Shown here: positions 53,852-64,000 of the stretch, piece by piece
How positions within the stretch are numbered: position 1 is the first letter of the stretch
How the letters are laid out: each line of letters begins with the position of its first letter
Source of the DNA: Geosiphon pyriformis uo1
Lineage: Eukaryota > Fungi > Glomeromycota
Length of the DNA stretch: 64,000 nucleotides
Assembly (NCBI GenBank): GCA_016748015.1
Contig: JAAOMT010000523.1
Span: 1,513,552 to 1,577,551, forward strand
Direction of reading: 5' to 3'
Notes under the pieces: generated by a model
What the model saw: only the letters and a program-made list of their open reading frames with translations
Database searches by the model: none
Told to the model about the DNA's origin: nothing
Program-made: the position numbers and the translations under genes

Positions 53852-55123
53852 TGTCAAACCTTTCGTTCTGTTATTAGTAAACAACTTTGATCATTGACAA
53901 ATAAGGACATTTCTTTTGGGGCTTTGTTAAAATATTAAAATTACAAAACATTATTTTAAAAAAGATGAAATTTTTGAGTGACATCAATGATATTAACCGT
54001 TGGATTGAAAGCGACCAAATGAACTTTTTCTAGGTGGAGATTCAGAATGTTTTAAAGCCCATTCACGGTGATTTTATAATATGAAATTCAAGTTTTAATG
54101 ATTCTTGAAAAATAATTTGGGTCAAATTTTGAGTTTTTAGCTAAAAGACGGTTTTTCATAAGCAACAATGAATTATTTTCACAACCACTTTTTTCTCGTT
54201 GTTTCGAAAAGAGTTTTTTTTTAGAAATTGTACGTGTACATGAGAATTTCTCGAAAATTCTAAATCAAAATAAAAAATATTTCAAAAAAGAATTGAAATA
54301 ATGAAGCAAAAAAATTATTTTAACATTATTAAGCATTAAATAATTTATTAAATAGAAATTAATTTAATTAAAAAATATTTTATGCAATCCAATTTTGAAG
54401 AAATGAAATATTTATCATGATTTATCCCTTTAAGTCCCACGATAAGTGGCTTTTAGGTATGATCCACCAAAAACAGTGTTTTGGTTGCTTTTAAATTAAA
54501 AATTGCAACTTATTATTCAGCTAATTAATTTTCTTCATTTTAAATTGACTAGACAATAAATTGTTTGAGTATTTAAAAAAAGTTCAAAAGTCAAATTTGA
54601 AAAAATAGCAAAACTTTAATAAGAATTAGTTTGTTATTGTTTTTTAATAAATTCATTATTATTTCTTGAAATTTATTTATTTATTTATTTTATAGCAATG
54701 TATTCTCATCAGAAATTGTCTTTAATAAATTAATTTTAAACAAGGAGAAAATATTTCTTGAAAAAAAAATCAAGTTAATTATTCAGTCTCACGAATAAAA
54801 GAAAAAGTGTTATATTTTATTAAAACCCACAGGTTCCTTAAAAATAATATTATTCTTTTCTTCATCAAAACTAAATAAAGACAAAAAAATTTATAAATTC
54901 ACAGGGAATATAAGATCTTTCGAGACTTTTACATCCCTTCAAATGATTTCCAAGGCGCAAACACTTTTATGACGGCTTAATATTGGATCTCTGCTTGTCT
55001 TTTATCCTGTAAAGATTTGAGTAAAGTTTTAGTTTAACTTCAAAGTAATTAAGTATTATTTTGTTCAAATAAAGTTTGATTTCTAACTTTTTTTCAGAGT
55101 TCATATATAAATCTATTCTTTTG

Positions 55124-56523
55124 CTATTCCCAAATTTCATTGCACTCCCTAAATCTAATCCCAAAATAAGGACCTCGACTTGAATATCCTTGTTTCAGAT
55201 TTTGAATTTCTTCGAATGAATCAGGGAGCCCATATTTATTAATACAATGCTATTTAAATAATAAATTAATATTTTAAAAATTTTTAAAAAATATTGCTCT
55301 TTGAGACTTTATTTAAGAGCTTACCTCACTCTCTATGTAGAATTGATTTGCATTCCCATCTATCAAATGATCACACTGCCAAACATCATATTTTTCTAAT
55401 TCGGGACAATCACACTTTAATTCCAACCAGATTTCAGTTTTCGAATGAGTAAATCCAAGATTTTGTGGTGGTAATCTCGGTATGGGGTCATCCATTAAAG
55501 TGATTCGATACATGCCGTTTAATGCTCGATGAACATATCTTGCAAATCTCGCATCCCCAATTCTTGGAGATCCATAGGTGAATAAAAATATCCTTTTTTG
55601 TGTAAAACTTTTTCGCAATTCCAGGGCTGTTAAAATTGCAAAGACTGCAAATAATATTAATGTATTAATCAAAAATTTTAAGCAAAGGGATTTAATTTCG
55701 AGAAAAAGAGTATACCAACCTCCAGCCATGTTGTAACCTGTAATTTGTAAAACTTTATTCCCAGCAAAAACATTAAACAAGATATTTGTCAAATATTCAA
55801 TAATTTTTTTGGATGCACTTGAAAATAGTGTCCAAAAAGTTTTATGCAGTGATATTATTTTTTTTTTACTGGAAATGGGATCCTGGTTTTGTGTAGCAGT
55901 GAAATTTGACTTCTTAGAATGTCACCAGTTTAACTGAAAATTTTTGAAAAAGTTCCTTACCATTACGGAATAATCAACAAATGTATTTAAATCGGGAGCT
56001 AGTAAATCCTGAGATTGGAGAGTTTCCGAAACTCCCAAGTAAAATATAATTTCGTTATCAAAAATTTCTGCTTTTCCTTTTTAAAAAATAATTCAAAATT
56101 TTTTTTTTGATATTTTCTTCAATTAATTCCAGAAATTTATTTTAGCTAAAAAAAATTTGAACTATTACCCCAAACATCATCTGAAAATCGAATTAATCCT
56201 TGTTCCTCGCTAATACAATAAGGCTTATTCGCGTACTTGGCATAATTTTGAAAACCTGATTGGATAACTAAATTTTCTATTTTTATTGGGATATCGCCAG
56301 ATTGATTGTCTGAACGAGGACTAAAAATTGCTTTTTTATTAGTGAAGTTGCCGGCTTTTTGAAATATTATTAATGAAAAAGTTAAATTTGAATTTTGCGG
56401 GCTGATTACTGAAATATTATTATTTACATTTGAGCTTTTTAAAAAATATAATAATAAAATGGTAGATTTCAAAAATAAAGACGTAAAAACTAAAAAAAAG
56501 CTCGAGACACAATATTGGCTCAT
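55124..56523 (-). CDS. class-3 lipase-fold protein lacking catalytic Ser and His (copy 3), ~359 aa
   Basis: Exons 56523-56169, 56076-55961, 55882-55720, 55644-55325 and 55249-55124 (1080 nt; alternative ATG at 56565). YANKPYC, ITGYNMAGV, FTYGSPRIGD, DDPIPRLP, EIW..CDC, SRGPYFG. Confidence 0.9.
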
Positions 56524-58142
56524 CAATATTTTGTTAATTTTTATCGAAATGTTGAAAATTTGCATTTTTTATAATTATTTTAAAGTGTCACAATTTTACG
56601 GGTTAAAATACCTGATACCGGAAGTATTTTTATCAAACATCGGAATACCTAGCTCATGGAAAACAGATACAGTGTATACCAATAATATAAATATTATCAT
56701 AAATAATAAGTAAACCAAGATCTATACAATAAAAAGTATAGATTGTCAATTGAATCGGCGAGATCAGGTCACAATTATCATCACGTTATTAGGATTTTCT
56801 GGAATGGCACTTTTTGCAACGAAATGTAACTATACATTAATAAAAAAACAAAATTTTACAAATACAATGTCGTCTAGTTTGTCAAAATTTCTTAAACTTG
56901 AACCGGTTCAATTTCTTGCCTTCGTGTTTTCAAAGATGACAGAGTTCAATAAAAGCAAGGAAGAACACAGGACGTATAAAAAATGTCTTGAAGTCCCAAT
57001 CGGCGAAAACTTGACATGAATTCAAATATAAAACGTAAGTATGAACTGCCAATGTTTTGTTCTTTTCTGCAGAAGCTATATAAAGTGCACATAGAATTTT
57101 GCTGTTGCATTATCTTTAGAAGCACTAGTCATGCACGTGTTTAGCATGGTATTAAATTGAGAGGTCTTGAATAATAGTGGCACTCTCTTTCTGGACGTAA
57201 AAACTTTTTCAAGTCTTAATGTAAGCACTATTTTATAAACTGATAGTACCATTGGTTAAATATTCATTTTTTTATATTATTTTATTGTTTAAGAGATTAG
57301 ATTAAGAAATATTGCAGAGGGAAGGCATTTAATTCATTAAAAAAATGTTTATATAAATTAATAAAAGAATTAGAAAACTTTTTAGTAAGTTATATTGTTT
57401 ATAAATTTTACTGTATGCTAATTGGTATATAAATACCTTTTTTAAAAAAATAGTTTGTTTGCTTATTTTTTGGTCAATTCTTATAATTTATCAATATAAA
57501 GAAATAAATTTTATTTTTTGGATGTTTTCACAAAGTGTAGTCCAACAACTATCTACGCACATGTACCAAGAAATATTACATAGTAGATGTAGCTCACGCG
57601 CTTTCTACGTGTGACCAGCCACCTTTATTATTTTGTGAGTATTTTTTAGAATAAAATAACATTTGAATATTTTTTATAATGAGATATTAATCTAGTTTAA
57701 TTAATATTTTTTGCTTAAAAATATTTTTTCTATAAATTAACTTTGTTTCTAATTGTTTTTATTTCCATATTTTTAAAATTTAAAAAATATACATATTACT
57801 AAGTGCTATAATAATTATAAAGAGAACCTTGTTTTTTTAAGGTTTTGACATAATGTAAATTCGTCGCATTATTAATTTTTTTGTAAAAAAATTAAACATA
57901 TAAATTTTATTTTTATTTATTTCGGTGTTTACAAAAGTTTTTAACTTAATGCATTTGAAACCAAAGAAAAGATTACAAAAATGTTGAAATTTTTTTTTAA
58001 GCTATTCAAATTTCAACTTGTAATAGCATGTATTAATTAAAAATATTCAAAATCATGTTTAAAAAAACAAATCATTAGAAATATTTTGTTTTTAAAACTG
58101 ATTTCATAAAAAAATTCCCTTGTCAGGTTAAACAAACTACAA

Positions 58143-58827
58143 CTAAAATCTAAAATCTTGCATCGTAAACCTTGGCTCAAAAATCAATTTATAATCTAAA
58201 GGTTTACAATCAAAATCATGTCCGCATAATGTATCGATATCAAGGTCTATGGGCTTTCCAGTTATGGGATCTTTTTCTAATCGGAGGGTGAACATTGACA
58301 TAGTGTAACTAACAAAAGTAAATAAGTTATGATAGGCTAGGTTCATTCCAGGACAGGATCGACGACCACGCCCAAAGATCTAAAATTTAATATTAAAGTT
58401 TTAAAAATGATATCAAATAATATTTAGTTAAAAGAATATAAAAACCTACTCAAAAATCATGATGCTCATCTAAACTATTCAGGTGCCCCTTCTCATCTAA
58501 AAACCTTTCCGGATAGAAAACTTCAGGATTCTCATATAACAATGGATTCATATTGATAGAAAAGATATTCAACAGTGATGATAGATTTCGCCGGGATGTG
58601 GTATCCACGATAGATATCATCTTCCCTACAACAATGAGGTATGAGAATTTGTATTGAGGGCCTGAAATAATTCGAAACTAGAAACATAGGTTATCTCACT
58701 AAACGATTCCAATACAAAAAATTCCAATTACCAACATGAAACGTAAACTATCTTTTATTGTCGCTTGTAAATAATGTAAATCCTGTTTATGCTCCATCTT
58801 ATACAATTTTCCTTTGCCAACCACTAA
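58143..58827 (-). pseudogene. 5'-truncated inverted cytochrome P450 fragment
   Basis: Covers the end of exon 3, both introns and exons 4-5 of the local CYP family. ExxR has become DSLR, there is a +1 frameshift near 58575 and TGG>TGA at ~58450. Heme motif FGRGRRSCPG is retained. Confidence 0.9.
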
Positions 58828-59684
58828 GACACAGTATGTATAGTTTCTTTAATTAACGAGTCTGTACCTAAAGACTTAGAAATGGTGCTGCCAGTTTCTT
58901 CATTAATAATTATATGAAAAGAAATGATGAATTTTGGTGAATATGTTATTTTATATATATATCCAAAAAAGTATTGAAAACCTGCTTAAGAATTAAACTT
59001 GTTGAAAAATTCCAAAGATATACACATTAATTAAATCATGTTCTTTGAAAGCTTTTTTTATCTTTCAGCAATGTCTTGACAAATAATAAAAATAATATTT
59101 ATATTCGAATAGTCTTTTACTAATAGCAAAATTTGCATAAGTGTAACAATGATACTGTGTAAAAAAATTCGTCTCAAAAGAACCAATCGAAGTTTATTTA
59201 ATAAATGAATAACCAAATGAATTCATTTAATTTTATGACTACCAATGTTTTTCTTTTAGATTTGAAAGAAGTTACAAAAAGTTATCAACAATCAAATTAA
59301 AGATTTGCAAAGTAAACTTTAAAAAAAGTAATTTTTTAAAATCCCGAAAATAATAAAAGGGAGCTATGATATCGTCATACTCACAATAAATCGAGATTTG
59401 AAATTATCAAGGTTTCAATGTTAAATAAAAAAGGAAAAAAATAATTTTTTGCTCTTTAAGATTTTGTAACAATCAAAAATCAGGAGCGCATATAAACAGT
59501 TACACTTGAAAAAAAAGAATTTTTAATTTCTCATTTAGCTTTGATGCTGACTTTTGTTTGGCTTCTTGTAGTTAGTTACATACTGTAATTTTTTTAAACT
59601 AATACTCTTCAGTTTTTAAATTCTAATACTGCTTAAAATTAATTTTGTTTTAGGTTTAGAAAGTTCCTTAGTAAAAACTATGCA

Positions 59685-59854
59685 GAAGCAAAAATGTTAT
59701 GAAACCATTGAATTCGAACTTTGTATACAGTATTAATGAAGAAGAGCTAGTTTTAATTCGTATTCTCAAAATAAAAAACTTGAAAATTTAAAGTTAGAGT
59801 TTAACCAAGTACTCTACATTTTTCGAATTTCAATTCAATTAGTTTATAAAAGAA
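59685..59854 (+). promoter_or_regulatory. conserved upstream block and TATA-like box of CYP paralogue 2
   Basis: gaagcaaaaatgttatgaaaccattgaattcgaactttgtata and tataaaagaa match the region upstream of paralogue 1. Confidence 0.55.
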
Positions 59855-59921
59855 AATAAAGGCCGTTTTCGGAATGCAAATTTTACTCTTCAAAAATTAA
59901 ACCCTAGTAGTAACCCTTAAG

Positions 59922-61879
59922 ATGGCTATTCTTGTTAATACTCTCTTATTACCTGTGCTCTTATTAACTATTTTTTGGTTATGGAATTTCTTTCAAAAAA
60001 AAGTTTTCCAACAAAGACCAAAGGGAACTTTAGAAATCCCAGGCCCAATTCCATTACCTATCATCGGTAATATGCATCAACTTGGTACAATAATGTATCC
60101 TAATATAACGAAAATGTCAAAAAAATATGGCCCACTATTTAAAGTTAATATTGGAGCACTCACTTGGATTGTAGTTACTGACCGCGAAATTGCCAAAGAT
60201 CTTCTTGTTGACAGAGGAACGAATTATTCGAGCAGACCAGTAAGATTAATCAAGATAAATAAATGAATTTAAAATTTAAACATATCATTCAAAATTATAT
60301 AATTTTAATATTTTATTTAGGGGTTTGGCCTTTTAACTGAGGTTATTTTGAAAAAGAACAAAAGTGTGGCACATGCACCGGTAAGGATAAACTTATAAAA
60401 TAATTTAAACTATCAGCTAAATTTCCAGCTATGAAAAAATAATATCAATAATGCTTGAATAAATTTTCTAAAGAATAATAATTGGTGGAAAACTATGCGT
60501 TCAATCGAAGCTCAAGAACTACGGCAACCCGTTATTGACACGGTCTATTCCGCAATGATTTCAGAAGAAGTAAAAAAATTCCTTTTGGATCAATATTCGA
60601 ACTCTCTGGGTTTTATAGCCGTGAATCCAGCACCGGACATTCGAACTGCTTTTACAACAATATTAGCTATAATTGTCTTTGGTCGGACAGCTTTAGATTC
60701 AGATATTATAAGAAAATATATTCTCCTTATAGATGCATTCTGGAAATTTTCCAATATCAAAGGAAGTCTATTAAATGTTTTTCCGTGGCTTCAATATTTT
60801 GGATTAAGAAAATTCTTAGCAGCAGAAGCTACCAATATTCGTGCTGAAGCTGAAGAAATTAATGAGAAACTTATAAACCGAGTCAAAGAAAGATTACTTG
60901 CTCATGGAGAGGATAGTGAGAACTGTTTGATTGCCAACGTTATAAAATCCGTTACAGTTGATCCTAACTTTATTGCCGACTCAACCACACATCAATTTGA
61001 GAAAGATCAAGATGGAAAGTATATTTTTGATCGATATGATCTCATGACTGTTTGTATCGACATGATGGTTGGTGGTACTAGAACTACTATTAGCAGTTTA
61101 ATATGGCTATATGCCCTTTTAGCAAAATTTCCTAGTGTACAAAAAAAGATTCAAGATGAATTAAATTTGGTAGTTGGCAAAGGAAAATTTTACAACATGG
61201 ATCATAAGCAGCATTTACATTATTTACATGCAACTATAAAAGAAAGTTTACGTTTCAGGTTTGTAATTGGAATTTTTTGTATTGCAATCGTTAAATGGAT
61301 TTTGTTTAGTAGCATTAGTATATATTTTTAATTTTAAATTATTTTAGGAACTCGCTACGATTCCTCCTACCTCATGGTAGTATTGAAGAAGATATATATC
61401 GTGGATACCACATCCCGGCAAAATCTACCATTCTTATTAGCACCTTTTCCATCAATATGGATCCATTGTTATATGAAAATCCTGAGAATTTCTGTCCGGA
61501 AAGATTTTTAGATGAGAAGGGACATTTAAAAAATTCAGACGAGTATCGTGAGAATTGGGTAAGTTTCTAATTCTCTTAGCCGAACGTTGTATTATTTTTT
61601 AAGGTCTAATATTTAAACATTATTAAATTTTAGATCTTTGGGCGTGGTCGTCGATCCTGTCCTGGAATGAACCTAGCCTATCATGAATTATTTACTTTTG
61701 CTAGTTATACTATGTCAATGTTCACCCTTCAATTAGAAAAAGATCCCATAACTGGAAAGTCTATCGATCTTGATATCAATGCAGTATGCGGAAATGACCT
61801 TGATTGTAAACCTTTAGATTATAAATTGATTTTTAAGCCAAGGGAGGAGGTTGATGTGCTTTCGGCACTGAATTTTTGA
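59922..61879 (+). CDS. cytochrome P450, paralogue 2, 539 aa
   Basis: Exons 59922-60239, 60321-60380, 60474-61258, 61348-61558 and 61634-61879, with the same lengths as paralogue 1. WWKTMR, KESLR, PERF, FGRGRRSCPG. Confidence 0.95.
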
Positions 61880-63349
61880 ATATTTGTTCGAATGCAAAAT
61901 TTCGATTTAAGTTTTTATTTAACGAAAAAGGGATTAATTTTACAAAATATATCATTTTTAATAATCAAATGTTTCTAATTATTTCTTTTTAATAGATATT
62001 TATTATGGCCTTTTCCTTTGCTTTATTGTATGTTCTTTTCCGTAAACTTGAATTTTGAGTAATTTGATGATTTCACCAACTGACAGAATTTGGACTAAGA
62101 ACAAAAACAAACAAGATTCACAATAGATAAAGTAGAATTAATTGGAAAGATAATTAACTGGAAGAATAGTTAATAATCCTGTTGAAAAAGATGGTTGAAA
62201 ATCACAATTAGTAAAAGATGATTTAGATTATGTTCACTGTATCTTTTAAAAATTTTATATCCTTCTCTGCGTTATATATATATATATATATATATATTAC
62301 ATATTACTATTACTTTAACTCGTAGTGTGATCATTTTTTTAAAAAAAAAGACATAATAATAAGTGGTATATATTTCACAAAAAAATATTTTATGTCTAAT
62401 TTATTTTTGGAAATGGTTTTGTTTGTGCAGTCTTTATTAATTTTGATGTTTGTACACTTTTTAAATGGTACTTTTTAACAAAAAATGTAAGTAAGATTGG
62501 TCAAGATTTTATTAAACATATAATTATAATTTACAGAGTTAATAGCATTTTTTTCAAGATGTAAAAATAAAAAGCTCAGTAATCTAATAGCAATTTTTGG
62601 GATGTGACAAAAAATTATGCATCTTCAAAGTAACTTCACCGGAAGTCAATTTTAATAGTTTTTTAATTTTTTCTTTTGTAATGGCAGACATGATGAATTA
62701 CAAAATAAGAAAAATTGCGTATTCATCTGTGTAAAAATAAAGAATGCAAAGTTTATTGCATGCATTGTGGATCCTTTATCAAAAATGAAGAAATTGTGTC
62801 AACAAATAAACGAAAATTTAAGCGAATAACTTGTTTAAATGTGTAACTACCTAAAAGTCTATGAAAATTATTTGAACCGGAAAAACTTTAGCCTTGACGA
62901 GTATTTGTTGACTTTTAAAGAATTTCGGCGTTTGAACACATTTTTATTGATGCATGAATAGGCAGACTCTAAAATAATGAGAATTTTGAAGAGTAATAAT
63001 GTTTATACTAAAAAATAGTGAGATAATTGAAGCTTCTCAAAAGGTAAAAAAAAATATAAAAATGGATAGTTCAACATATCTTTTAAATGAGAGATCGTTG
63101 TCTCTTCCTTTTAAACAATCTATTTCCTTTGAGATATAATTTGGGACGGGAAATTCCATCACCCAAGAGGAGCTAAAAATAGAGATATTCTTTAATCTGG
63201 AAAGGGAAACATTGTATTATCTCAATGCCTTGGTAGAAATCCTTATTTTTGAATTATAGACATAATCACAATATCAAATAGTGTTGATCGTTCCGTACCT
63301 CGGTAAATCAAGAACTTCCTTTTGGAGAATGTCACGACATCTGGTTCAG

Positions 63350-64000
63350 ATGGGAGATGTCAATGAGAGATGTCGCGTGGCTCTTGCGAAAATTGATAAC
63401 GCGAACATCGGCTGGTTCCATATTCTTGCTTGTTTAATAGCAGGAATTTGGGATTTTTTACTGATGCATGCAATTAATATTGTTTCAGCCATGATTGGTT
63501 ATGTATACTTTGCTCATGAAAATAATGTTGATTATTGTTGGAGCCTTGTACTTGCCATCGGAGCAGTTACTGCTATGATTGCTCTTTACTTTCGTCTTAC
63601 AATCCCGGAATCACCTCGTTATGTCATGAATGTCGAAAAAAACATTGAACAGGCAACTCATAATGTCGATCAAGTTTTAAATAATTCTTATAATCCCGGA
63701 AATACGAATTATATTTCAGCGGTTGAACAGATTCATGGGTTCAAAGATTTTTGTGACCATTTCAGTAAATGGGAAAATAGTTTCGATATTTTAATTACTG
63801 CTAAACTACGATTTGATTTGAATCACTCGCAAGTTTTTTCAAAACTTTGGTCCAAATACAACAACATTTATAATACCTGGCGAAGTTTTTCCAACCAGAT
63901 ATCGTTCCACATGACATGGGATCTCAGCTGCTTCCGGAAAACTGAGTGCAATGGTCACTCAAATTTGGTTTTCACAACTTAAAGATATCTGTGGTTCAAG
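63350..64000 (+). pseudogene. PHO84: PHO84/Pht1-type phosphate:H+ symporter pseudogene with internal deletions (runs off window)
   Basis: ALAKIDNANIGWFH, AINIVSAMIGYVYF and YFRLTIPESPRY. A shifted frame gives [35 protein letters not shown]. Large segments are missing, and frameshifts and a stop are present. Confidence 0.88.

Noticed and set aside
63281-63982. 233-aa ORF as a functional phosphate transporter
   Set aside because: Most TM helices are deleted, and the C-terminal signature is out of frame and contains a stop.

Overview
AT-rich eukaryotic DNA with short spliceosomal introns, most likely from an early-diverging fungus (Glomeromycotina/Mucoromycota). The Ty3/Gypsy Gag sequence, Sel1 pseudogenes and multiple class-3 lipases resemble Geosiphon/arbuscular mycorrhizal fungi; this assignment is inference. 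The left half (1-28 kb) is mostly decayed elements and pseudogenes with heavy C>T/G>A mutation: a TET/JBP-like dioxygenase pseudogene, a Sel1-repeat pseudogene, two related Gypsy elements (one with a hAT transposon nested in gag) and one intact 7TM gene. The right half (31-64 kb) is a gene block: a second 7TM paralogue, a hypothetical gene, a PB1-like gene, a Tc1 relic, two intact cytochrome P450 paralogues plus an inverted P450 fragment, a 9-exon 7TM receptor-like gene, three class-3 lipase-fold genes and an internally deleted PHO84-type pseudogene. The most notable signal is that all three lipase genes are intact yet lack the catalytic serine, and the P450s flanking them carry Lys/Arg in place of the conserved I-helix acid. 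All gene models were built by eye, checking splice sites and exon phase.
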